From the NCBI GenBank assembly GCA_020723105.1, contig DYJL01000001.1, forward strand, positions 198,273-262,272: DNA of 64,000 nt, given 5' to 3'. The notes under the pieces are model-generated. The model ran no database searches and had not been told where the DNA came from. It was given only the letters and a program-made list of their open reading frames with translations. Positions 17,850 to 27,030 of the stretch are shown here, in pieces; within the stretch, counting starts at the first letter, position 1; the number at the start of each line of letters is the position of its first letter. The stretch comes from Nitrospira japonica (GTDB lineage: Bacteria > Nitrospirota > Thermodesulfovibrionia > UBA6902). A program made the translations under genes and the position numbers.

Positions 17850-19013
17850 ATGAATTTAAAGGTAAACATACACCAAAAACTTCTATATCGGGTATATGGG
17901 AATTCACTTGCAGTTATTATGAACGCAAAAGAAAACAGCGTGACCTTATTGCAGAATGAGCCTCTTGAATTATGGAAACAGATCCTAAGTAGAAATAACA
18001 TTGATAAAAGTTATTATCCCAAACTCAAACAGTTAGCTGATCTGGGACTTGTTGAAATAGAAGGGGCGATTAAAAACCAGCACAGTTCTGGAGTAAATGA
18101 TCGATCTGTTCAGGAAGTGGATCTGGGGGCTGTTAACTACTGGGCCTTTAAAAATCTTATTCCCCTGAGTGGGCATTTTGAATTGACGAGTAGATGTAAT
18201 TTAAGATGCCGGCATTGCTACTGTATCTATACGGATAAAGATTCTTTAGATACCAATAAAATTATCACGATATTGGATGATCTCCATGAGAGCGGGACCT
18301 TCGGATTGGTTTTGACCGGGGGAGAAATATTTGGCAGAGAGGATATCCTTGATATTTTAAAATATCTGAATGAAAAGAAATTTGTATTGAGATTGAATAC
18401 GAACGGGGTGTTGATCGATGAGAAGATCGTGAAAGAGATGGAAGGACTTTCAAATATTTATAGAATACATGTAAGCCTTTATAGCTCTAAGCCTGAAGTT
18501 CATGACATGATCACAAGGATGGAGGGCTCTTTTCAGAAGACATTAAATGCCATACGACTTTTAAAAGAAGCAGGATTTGGCATTCGTATCAACTGCTCTC
18601 TTATGCAATCCAATGCAGACTCCTATAAAGAGATAAAGACTGAAATAGGAGACAAGCTTAATATTCCCGTGCATTATGATCCGTTCATTTTTCCAAAAGA
18701 TAATGGAAAGATCGAAAACATGTATGAAATGTTTGACGATGATCAGATCAAGGATTATGAAACGTTTAACAAGAAAGAGCCGTCCGGGAAAAAGCCAAAG
18801 CTTTGTAAAGCGGCTTTCTCATTTTTTTCAATCTGTGAAGATGGAAGTATTTATCCCTGCCTGAAGATGAAAAAATATTATGACAAGCCTCTCGCTAATT
18901 TACAGGAATCCTCTTTCAAAGAGATCTGGTATAACTCGGCAGAGATAAAAAAGGTGAGGAATGTACTCAATGATAAACTGAGAGATTGCAATGTATGCGA
19001 TTTAAGCATATAA
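17850..19013 (+). CDS. Radical SAM protein with SPASM/twitch domain and probable N-terminal PqqD/RRE-like region
   Basis: CNLRCRHC, LTGGE, TNG, C-x12-G-x4-C (CKAAFSFFSICEDGSIYPC), terminal CNVC. Confidence 0.85.
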   Translation: MNLKVNIHQKLLYRVYGNSLAVIMNAKENSVTLLQNEPLELWKQILSRNNIDKSYYPKLKQLADLGLVEIEGAIKNQHSSGVNDRSVQEVDLGAVNYWAFKNLIPLSGHFELTSRCNLRCRHCYCIYTDKDSLDTNKIITILDDLHESGTFGLVLTGGEIFGREDILDILKYLNEKKFVLRLNTNGVLIDEKIVKEMEGLSNIYRIHVSLYSSKPEVHDMITRMEGSFQKTLNAIRLLKEAGFGIRINCSLMQSNADSYKEIKTEIGDKLNIPVHYDPFIFPKDNGKIENMYEMFDDDQIKDYETFNKKEPSGKKPKLCKAAFSFFSICEDGSIYPCLKMKKYYDKPLANLQESSFKEIWYNSAEIKKVRNVLNDKLRDCNVCDLSI

Positions 19014-19025
19014 CAGGAGGTAAAA

Positions 19026-19259
19026 ATGGAGATCAACCTAAAAATAAAGTATTGTTTTGATCAGATCTTAAAGGAAATGGGCACTGAGAAAGCTGCTGAT
19101 ATTATGGTCTTAACAGCTAAAGACAGGTTTTTTGTGGGGTACGGTTGTGAATATTCAGAATATAGTGATATGCCTCCCGATCTAAGGGCCAATAAACTCT
19201 ATCTGTACAAAGCGCAACAGAATTCTTCAGGAAATATTTCTATATGTAAGTGCAGATGA
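19026..19259 (+). CDS. 77-aa Cys-containing small protein; candidate radical SAM substrate
   Basis: AGGAGG RBS; starts 12 bp after the rSAM stop; ends SGNISICKCR. Confidence 0.65.
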   Translation: MEINLKIKYCFDQILKEMGTEKAADIMVLTAKDRFFVGYGCEYSEYSDMPPDLRANKLYLYKAQQNSSGNISICKCR

Positions 19260-19304
19260 AATTAAGGTTTGAAAGTTAGAAAGCTTGAAGGTTGAGAAGA
19301 TGGG

Positions 19305-20435
19305 ATGAATAGCAGGGATACAAGGGACATTGTGATTGCGGTTGGTTTGCTTTCAGGGGTCGGGATCCTGATGGTTTTCAGCTCGACAGCTGTCATGTCG
19401 ATGCAGAGTAACGGGCGCGGGGCTGCCTATCTTTGGAAACACCTTTTTACTGTCTGCGTCGGAGCAGTTGTAATGCTCACGCTGTCAATGGGCGACTATA
19501 AAAAAGCCAGATCATGTGTTCCCCATCTGATCGCTGTATCATCACTGCTGTTGCTTCTTGTATTTGTCCCCGGGATCGGTATCTCCGCAAACGGGGCGCA
19601 GAGATGGATACGGGTATGGCCGACCACACTGACCTTTCAGCCCACAGAACTGCTAAAGCTGGTAATGGTCATTTCCCTCGCGGACTATATGGATAAATAC
19701 GTTTACAGGATGAAGGACTACAGGTACGGGATCTGTATTCCCATCGTCATATTGTTGGTGTTTCAGACGATCATCATGCTGCAGCCGGATTTTGGCGCGG
19801 TCATGAGTCTGGCAATACTTGCGATAGGCCTTTTAATGCTCGGTGGCGCCAGAATGAGATACTTAAGCGCTATGATACTGGCATCGATACCGGCAGTATA
19901 CATACTTATCAGGATCGCTCCATACAGGCTTAAACGGTTTACATGTTTTCTCGACCCATGGCAAGACTCTTTAGGCTGCGGATATCAGCTAATCCAGTCG
20001 CTCATCGCGATCAATAACGGAAAGATCCTTGGCATGGGTATTGGAAACAGCAAACAGAAGCTCGGATTCCTGCCGGAGACCCATACTGATTTTATATTTT
20101 CCATCATAGGCGAAGAATTCGGTCTTATAATAAGCTTGTGTGTGGTAGGTCTATTTGTCTGGCTCTTTATAAAAGGAATTAAGGTCGCCTCACGGACTGA
20201 TGATCAGTTCAGCTACTACCTTGCGATAGGACTCTCGCTGATGATCGGTGTCCAGGCCATGATAAACTTTGCCGTTACCATGGGATTGCTGCCTACAAAA
20301 GGCCTACCCCTGCCGTTTATCAGCTACGGTGGTTCAGCCCTTGTTGTCAATATGGCTGCTGCGGGCATTCTGATAAATATATCACGGCAGAATGAGAGGA
20401 GAAGTGTATATTCGAAAACAAGTTTCTCCTTATAA
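19305..20435 (+). CDS. ftsW: SEDS-family peptidoglycan polymerase FtsW (island copy)
   Basis: NGAQRWI, FQPTELLK, LQPDFG, FLDPW, GYQL, LPETHTDFIF, GLLPTKGLPLPFISYGGS. Confidence 0.88.
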   Translation: MNSRDTRDIVIAVGLLSGVGILMVFSSTAVMSMQSNGRGAAYLWKHLFTVCVGAVVMLTLSMGDYKKARSCVPHLIAVSSLLLLLVFVPGIGISANGAQRWIRVWPTTLTFQPTELLKLVMVISLADYMDKYVYRMKDYRYGICIPIVILLVFQTIIMLQPDFGAVMSLAILAIGLLMLGGARMRYLSAMILASIPAVYILIRIAPYRLKRFTCFLDPWQDSLGCGYQLIQSLIAINNGKILGMGIGNSKQKLGFLPETHTDFIFSIIGEEFGLIISLCVVGLFVWLFIKGIKVASRTDDQFSYYLAIGLSLMIGVQAMINFAVTMGLLPTKGLPLPFISYGGSALVVNMAAAGILINISRQNERRSVYSKTSFSL

Positions 20436-20470
20436 TACATTTAACCACAGAGGTCTCAGAGAATAAAAAG

Positions 20471-20812
20471 TTGACAGATAATAATATTCACATGTCTAAT
20501 TTACGCAAAGTACAGGTTTGTAATGACAGGAGGAGAAGGAGAACTGTTTTATCCACTATCGGGGTTTTGATATTTATATATCTTTTCCTTAACATGATTT
20601 TTGGAGAGGATTCACTTTTGAAATACTTTCAAATGAGAACGGCCACTTCGGATCTTAAGGTTGAGGTAGACACGATAAGAAAACAGACTGAAGAAATCAG
20701 GGCAGAAGCAGAGTTACTTAAAGACGGTAAAGACCTCACACTGATTGAGAAACTTGCGAGAGAGCGCGGGCTTGTAAAGAAAGATGAGCAGGTATATAAG
20801 TTTGTGGATTAA
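20471..20812 (+). CDS. ftsB: FtsB/DivIC-family septum formation initiator (island copy)
   Basis: TM helix, FGEDSL, coiled coil, IEKLARERGLVKKDE. Confidence 0.7.
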   Translation: MTDNNIHMSNLRKVQVCNDRRRRRTVLSTIGVLIFIYLFLNMIFGEDSLLKYFQMRTATSDLKVEVDTIRKQTEEIRAEAELLKDGKDLTLIEKLARERGLVKKDEQVYKFVD

Positions 20813-21035
20813 GAAACTGAAATATCTGAATAGAAGGATGCTGAGCAGAGGAAGAAACCGGATGAAGCGACAGGGGATTAGAAATTGTTTGTAATTATTG
20901 AAGGTTTGTAAGGTTGGAAAGTTTGAAAAAAAGTTAGGAAAATTAATGTAAGCACTCAGATGTCAGTAGAAACAAAGAACGTAGTCAGCAAAAGGAAAAA
21001 GATAATAAGATTGTGAAGTGAGTTAAGAGGGGAAA

Positions 21036-21860
21036 ATGGATACAGGGACAGAACATACCTCAGATGAACTGCTTGATTCTGCGTGGGGATTATGTGTTCC
21101 AGTTGGAAGGATACTTGGGATCGATATTAGAATACATGCTCTTGTACTTTTGGGAATATTGCTTGAGTATAATAAACTGTCATGCCTTAAGAATATTTTG
21201 TGTCTGTATGCGTTCTTACTTTTCTATTCAGGTTTGTTTCTGTCCATCCTTGCACACGAGTTGGGACATGCTTTGGCCACAAAGTTCTTCGGGAATATAG
21301 TCAAAGGGATAATTGTTTTCCCACCCCTCGGAGGAATGGCATTCATCCAGGTAGATAACGAGAGACCGATCAGAAATATTTTGATCTATCTGTCAGGACC
21401 GGCTGTAAATATTGTTTTGGCCATTATACTGATGTATTCATACAGGCACGCAACCATGGAATATCATTTTCTGATCTACGACGGATTAAAACTTATGATG
21501 TGGGTAAACCTGTTGATAGGACTTGTGAACCTGATTCCCTTCTATCCGCTTGATGGAGGACGCATTCTTCATAATCTGATATTGTTGTTTAGATACGGCG
21601 AAAGGAAAGCAAACATCTTAACCTTATGTTTTTCATCTGTGTGCTTTGTTGCAATAGTAATATATACATTAAAGGAAGGATATTACTTTAACCTGATTAT
21701 TGCGATGTTACTGATGATCGTTTCGTATTTAGTTTTAACAGAAAAGCCTGCCGGATCTCAGGAGGTTTTCGAAAAAGTGAGTCTTGACCCAAAGTTGGTG
21801 CATTTTCGCGAAGGCGAAGGACCAGAGATACTTAATGAATATAAGGTGTTGCAAGAGTAA
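21036..21860 (+). CDS. Site-2 protease (peptidase M50, SpoIVFB-like)
   Basis: HELGH, SGPAVN, NLIPFYPLDGG. Confidence 0.88.
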   Translation: MDTGTEHTSDELLDSAWGLCVPVGRILGIDIRIHALVLLGILLEYNKLSCLKNILCLYAFLLFYSGLFLSILAHELGHALATKFFGNIVKGIIVFPPLGGMAFIQVDNERPIRNILIYLSGPAVNIVLAIILMYSYRHATMEYHFLIYDGLKLMMWVNLLIGLVNLIPFYPLDGGRILHNLILLFRYGERKANILTLCFSSVCFVAIVIYTLKEGYYFNLIIAMLLMIVSYLVLTEKPAGSQEVFEKVSLDPKLVHFREGEGPEILNEYKVLQE

Positions 21861-22068
21861 GAACTAGGTATAAGGGAAGCAGATCAAGCATATAAGATTT
21901 ATGAAGCTGTATGGTTTGGAAATCCTAAGCTGAAAGATTTGAAGTATTTGTGCATGCCCGCCTAACTGGACTCCACTTCAATTAAAATAATGGCAATAAA
22001 ACTGATCGTTTCTGTGATAATATGAATCGAAATCATTGTCTGTAAGTATTACACATTGAAGGGGATTA

Positions 22069-23073
22069 ATGGTCTATAAAAAATATCTCATATACTCGAT
22101 AGCTGTTTTCCTCTTAATTGCAGTAATGGCTGTATGGTATAAGCTTTGGACCCCGGGAAAGGATTTCACTGACGGGAGGTATGACAAACAGCAGAATGGT
22201 ATATGGATTCAGCATGGCTGGCTCGGTGATGATTTGTGGTTCATCAGGAACAAGAAGAAAGAGAAGATTGCATATTTTCGTAATACAGATGAGATAAAGA
22301 GTCTTGCATCACTTCTTCAAAAACATAATATTAACGATGTATTCCCTCACCTTTGCCCGACTTTATCAAATGGTGAGATCCCGGCTGTTGACCATGAGCA
22401 GACTGAGAAGTTCCTTAATGAGTTTAAAAGGCTTCGCATAATTCCATGGGTAGGTGGAGTACTTGGTATTCAGGCATTTCCGGAAAGACCTGAATGGCGC
22501 AGGCGTTTTGTGGATTCTGTCTCAAGATTATTAAAAATGTATCCGGAATTCGCAGGCATTCATATCAATATTGAGCCATGTCCTTCTGGCGATGAAAATT
22601 TTCTAACGTTGCTCGATGATGTGAGACGCGTGCTCCCTAAAGGAAAGATACTCTCGGTTGTCGCCTTCCCTCCACCGACTATTTTGCATCCTTTCTCAGA
22701 TGTGCATTGGGACGAGGATTATTACCGTCAGGTTTCTAAACGCGCAGATCAAATGGTTGTAATGATGTATGACACAGCGATACGGTTTGAGAAGATATAT
22801 CAATATATCATGGTTGATTGGACAAAAAAGATACTTGACTGGTCGGGGGATGCCAAAGTTCTTTTCGGTCTGCCTGCATATCAGGACGCTGATACTGGTT
22901 ATCATGATCCTGAAGTTGAGAACTTATTCAACGCGTTGCCTGCAATTCATGCAGGACTGATCCGCTTCAATGAATTACCGCGGAATTATCAGGGTATTTC
23001 GCTCTATTGTGAGTGGGAAATGAATGTGGAGAAATGGGGGATATTTGAGAGTCACTTCCAAAGCAAAAAGTGA
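22069..23073 (+). CDS. Exported GH18-like TIM-barrel glycoside hydrolase
   Basis: N-terminal TM/signal; FAGIHINIEP (variant of DxDxE); ADQMVVMMYD; GLPAY. Confidence 0.6.
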   Translation: MVYKKYLIYSIAVFLLIAVMAVWYKLWTPGKDFTDGRYDKQQNGIWIQHGWLGDDLWFIRNKKKEKIAYFRNTDEIKSLASLLQKHNINDVFPHLCPTLSNGEIPAVDHEQTEKFLNEFKRLRIIPWVGGVLGIQAFPERPEWRRRFVDSVSRLLKMYPEFAGIHINIEPCPSGDENFLTLLDDVRRVLPKGKILSVVAFPPPTILHPFSDVHWDEDYYRQVSKRADQMVVMMYDTAIRFEKIYQYIMVDWTKKILDWSGDAKVLFGLPAYQDADTGYHDPEVENLFNALPAIHAGLIRFNELPRNYQGISLYCEWEMNVEKWGIFESHFQSKK

Positions 23074-23276
23074 TTTGTTGAAAAGTTGTGAACGATACTT
23101 CGGAGAGCTATGAAATATATAGGCTTACTATATTTGCATACAAATGAGGCATCAATAATTTACCGAATAATAAGGAATGTTAAATAACTTAATGATTTAT
23201 CGAAGAGAGCATGGATGGTCAATCACTTTGCCCCCGTGCCGACAGTAGTGAACTGGTTGAGGTAGATCAGAGACGA

Positions 23277-23765
23277 CTACACAATTTTTGCATGCGTTCT
23301 AGGCTTGAACCTCATACTCCTGCAAACCAACACATCAGGAAAATGTGTTACACTTACATTATACTTCGTAATTTTTTGATTGTATCGCATCAGAAGTCCC
23401 TGCAATTCATTATACAGGTTATTCCACCTATCACTGGCACTCATAAAAAGATTGTCCGCTTTCAATTGTGGATATTTCGAAAGAAGAATATGAGGGTTAG
23501 CCTGGCCAAGTGCTACAGCATTGAGAATATTTTTTTCATGAATGGAATACCTTGCGAGAAGGTTTGACACCTCAGTGTAAACCCGATTTAGCTTTGTTTT
23601 CGTTGATTCCATGTTTGAGAACAGTTCGCTTAACTCTATTTCGAAGATTTTATTCTTATTGTAGATGTAGATCATATAGGGAACTAACAGAACTAACAAT
23701 AAGATAAGGAAAGCGGGTATTAGTATCATCCAATTCATGGTATTAGTCAAAAACTTCTGTTTCAT
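23277..23765 (-). CDS. lemA: LemA-family protein
   Basis: N-terminal TM helix, YSIHEK, YPQLKAD, YNQKITKYN, FP. Confidence 0.7.
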   Translation of the reverse strand: MKQKFLTNTMNWMILIPAFLILLLVLLVPYMIYIYNKNKIFEIELSELFSNMESTKTKLNRVYTEVSNLLARYSIHEKNILNAVALGQANPHILLSKYPQLKADNLFMSASDRWNNLYNELQGLLMRYNQKITKYNVSVTHFPDVLVCRSMRFKPRTHAKIV

Positions 23766-23878
23766 GCCTGACTTATAAGAAATAGCTTTTTAAGACTGCG
23801 TGATTATATCTGAAATAATGCTGATTTGGCAATCTTTCTTTTCTTGTATTAAACCTGAAAATTAAGACTTATCTTTTC

Positions 23879-24451
23879 TTGTGCTATAATGCAAATCTAG
23901 GGGACGGATTGCGAGGATCTAAGTTGAATTGTAGCAAGAAAATCATTTCTGCAGTTCTTATCTTTTCTCTCCTTGCCCTCTGCATCAACTTACAAACGTA
24001 TGCTAAGGATTACACGATTATCCGGGGAACGGTTACGAAGGTCAGCGATGGAGATACTATTGTTGTCAGACCTTTCAGTGGGAAACTTTTTAAGTGCAGG
24101 CTTTACGGAATTGATACTCCTGAGATATCGCATAATGGAATAGTAGGGCAACCTTATGGTAATGCTGCTGAAAGAGAGCTGAAAAATCTTATTCTGCATA
24201 CTACTGTTGATATTACTCTTACCGGTGATAAAACATATGAGCGTGAAGTATGTATCATCAAGAAAATGGGTGTGGACATCAATAGGGAGATGGTTATAAG
24301 AGGCTACGCGTGGGCTTACATAGAATATCTTAAAGGACCTTATGCTTCCGAGTACATTAGGGCTGAAGCTGAGGCTCGTAAAATGCGCCGCGGGTTATGG
24401 CAGCAGAGAAATCCAACACCACCGTGGGAATTTAGAAGAGAAAAGAAATAG
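23879..24451 (+). CDS. Thermonuclease (SNase-like) family nuclease, exported
   Basis: VSDGDTI, RLYGIDTPE, GQPYG, GYAWAY, AR..RRGLW, PWEFR; true start may be TTG 23924. Confidence 0.88.
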   Translation: MCYNANLGDGLRGSKLNCSKKIISAVLIFSLLALCINLQTYAKDYTIIRGTVTKVSDGDTIVVRPFSGKLFKCRLYGIDTPEISHNGIVGQPYGNAAERELKNLILHTTVDITLTGDKTYEREVCIIKKMGVDINREMVIRGYAWAYIEYLKGPYASEYIRAEAEARKMRRGLWQQRNPTPPWEFRREKK

Positions 24452-24965
24452 CGTTAAAACCCTCCAGCGAAGACCTGTCTATTAAATCATCATCCCCATC
24501 TTTGTACAGACCTTATAAATTGCTTTTTTACCACTATCTAATGAGAACTGTCAAATATGAAGGATTAGAATAAATTATTAATCTAAATTAGTACTATAAA
24601 ATTCATTCATCAGTCCAAGCACCATCAATTCTTCCAAATCGCATAAACATTGACACCGGAGCAGGGAATTATGGGCCGTTGACGGCTATAGAACTGCCGT
24701 CACTGAAAATCTGGCAGCAAAATTAATCTGGACAGCCTACCATTGCTGCTCTCGCTTTTTTTAAAAACCTCGGTAACCTGCACAATCGTTTCGGCAAAAA
24801 TAACCGAAATCCCCCCAATATCCTTCCATTAGGAAGTCTTTCCGCACTATCACCTCCCTTCAAAAGTAATACAAATACATAGCATTTAATTTTCAGTAGT
24901 TTTAACGAAAAGGTGTGACTGGACATAAGCCGTCATGCCCTTTTTGTCTTGAAGGGAGGTGAAAC

Positions 24966-25112
24966 GTGATTGAAAGAATAATCATAACAATTCTGCTGAT
25001 TGTCTATGTGTATATAGGAATAAATCTTATGGAAACTGTCTACCAGATTTTAATAAAACTTAGAAAAAGGAGAAAACGGAAATGGTTGATCAACCAGGTA
25101 ACAATACAGTAG
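24966..25112 (+). CDS. 48-aa hydrophobic peptide with basic tail (not in the ORF track)
   Basis: GGAGGTGA RBS then GTG: MIERIIITILLIVYVYIGINLMETVYQILIKLRKRRKRKWLINQVTIQ. Confidence 0.5.
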   Translation: MIERIIITILLIVYVYIGINLMETVYQILIKLRKRRKRKWLINQVTIQ

Positions 25113-26584
25113 CAGCGAGAGAATGCTTAAATAATTCAGAACTGTCATCAACCCTTTTGGGTCCTATTTTCAGGCTTCCCAAGGCAGGAGTTATCCGGCC
25201 CGGCATCAAAGCTTTAAAGAAAAGCTGTACTGCCGATGATCAGAAGATTTATAGCAGAATGCTTGAAGAAGGCGCTACATGGGATGAAATTGACCGCTCT
25301 CTTGGAACGGACAAGAATGGTAAATCGAAATTGATCCCTGAAAACGTCGATTACTTCACTATACGTCCGGAGGACTGTAAGAATTCTGATGACGCAAGAA
25401 GGCTTCATGACTTTTATGCCGATCCTGACGGGAAAATAAGAAGCCTTCCTGTCTGGTTCTCTATCAATGAATGGTATAACATCATCCCACACGGACTGAG
25501 AGCTTTCGGCAAAACGCAGGGAATCCGCTACCATAGCGATCTCATTGAAAAACAGGATGCTGATGGCAGAAAAGAGTTTACTCGTGTTTGCAGGTTCCCT
25601 CTTAACGTTGAGCCCGGAAAAAGGATTTACGGCGGTAGAAGATGCGGTGAAAGGCCGTGTGATCCCAATAATTGCCCTGAATACCAGTCCGGGAGCTGCA
25701 AATTCGGAGGGGTCATCTGCTGCCACATTCCCGGCGTCAAAGGTGTAGGAGTATGGCTTATACCGACAACATCATGGTATTCCCTATCAAACATCAAGAG
25801 CACGTTCGAAATTGTAGCAAACCTGACACGGGGAAAGATTGCAGGACTTGTTGAACCCTCTGCTGACTCTCCAAGCCGTTTTAAGACAGTGTTTCGTATC
25901 CGGAAGGTATCGGAGACTGTATCCATGATAGATCATAAATCAGGCAATCCGACAAGGGTTGAGCAGGATCTTATTCATCTGGACGTAGATATAGATCTGA
26001 CAGAGTTGGCTGTTTCTTATAACGGTCATAAACTGATCACAACCGGTTTCTCATCCGCAGCCTTGCTGAATGGCAAAAACAACGGAACAGGTTCCCATTC
26101 ATCGCTATTAAACAAACCATCGGATAATAGCATGGACAAGTCTGAAACTAATGCCACTACGGGATCAAAAGAAGATAAAAATCCTGAGCCGGGAAACACA
26201 AACAAGACACTTGGTGAGGATGCAGGAAAACTTTTTGGGCTGCTCGCTGCTAAATTCGATACAAATGAGGGAATTAAGGCTGAACTGGAAAGACTGACAA
26301 ACAGGAACAGCTTTTTCGAACTAACCGATAATGAGGCAAAGACAGCCATTGATGCTCTCACAAAGTCGGCCAAGAAGCAATGCGATCCGCCTTCAGATAA
26401 CGGCAATGAGCCGGATGAGGTAAAAGAACTTAAAACCATTCTCACGGCACTGTGTGAAGGGGAAGACGACATAGCGGTCAAGCTCAAGGAATTAACCGGC
26501 GTTGATTCATTTGAGAAGGTTACAAAAGAAATGGCAATAAGGGCCATTGAAAAAATGACTGTAAACACCCTGAATGACTTTTAA
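25082..26584 (+). CDS. Gp3/recombination-directionality-factor-like mobile-element protein
   Basis: RLPKAGVIRPGIK N-terminus, C..C...C cluster, TTSWYS, low-complexity linker and repeated helical C-terminus. Confidence 0.55.
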   Translation: MVDQPGNNTVAARECLNNSELSSTLLGPIFRLPKAGVIRPGIKALKKSCTADDQKIYSRMLEEGATWDEIDRSLGTDKNGKSKLIPENVDYFTIRPEDCKNSDDARRLHDFYADPDGKIRSLPVWFSINEWYNIIPHGLRAFGKTQGIRYHSDLIEKQDADGRKEFTRVCRFPLNVEPGKRIYGGRRCGERPCDPNNCPEYQSGSCKFGGVICCHIPGVKGVGVWLIPTTSWYSLSNIKSTFEIVANLTRGKIAGLVEPSADSPSRFKTVFRIRKVSETVSMIDHKSGNPTRVEQDLIHLDVDIDLTELAVSYNGHKLITTGFSSAALLNGKNNGTGSHSSLLNKPSDNSMDKSETNATTGSKEDKNPEPGNTNKTLGEDAGKLFGLLAAKFDTNEGIKAELERLTNRNSFFELTDNEAKTAIDALTKSAKKQCDPPSDNGNEPDEVKELKTILTALCEGEDDIAVKLKELTGVDSFEKVTKEMAIRAIEKMTVNTLNDF

Positions 26585-26614
26585 AAACAATAATCAAAAG
26601 AAAGGAGACAAAAG

Positions 26615-26851
26615 ATGTCAAAACAAATCGGCGCATTATGGGTAAAGGAGTATACAAGAGACGGTGAACCGAGAAAGATGCTTTCCGGAACACTTGATAT
26701 CGGAGTTTTGGGAGAGATAGACATAGCCATTTTCCCAAACGACCAGAAAAAAGAATCCAAACACCCGGATTACCGTATTGTACTTGGGACCTCAAACGGA
26801 AAAGGTGAGTTCAAGGCCAGAGAAGAAAGATCAGACAAGAAACCTTTCTAA
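26615..26851 (+). CDS. DUF736-like small ssDNA-binding protein
   Basis: KQIGALW...MLSG...IAIFPN...HPDYRI. Confidence 0.7.
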   Translation: MSKQIGALWVKEYTRDGEPRKMLSGTLDIGVLGEIDIAIFPNDQKKESKHPDYRIVLGTSNGKGEFKAREERSDKKPF

Positions 26852-26877
26852 GGTCCTTATCTACATCTACCAAAAAT

Positions 26878-26908
26878 GGGGCGAGAGTTTCTCTTGCCCT
26901 TTTTTTTG
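26878..26908 (+). terminator. Rho-independent terminator
   Basis: GGGCGAGAG-TTT-CTCTTGCCC followed by a T run. Confidence 0.7.
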
Positions 26909-27030
26909 CCTTAAGGAGGTAATACACAGGTAATAACTAACTATTTAGTAGAAATCCGAACGAAAAGGGCAGAGCAAAAGTAACATTATTTTGCCATGTC
27001 CTTTTTGTTTTCAAATATCATGGAGGTGAT

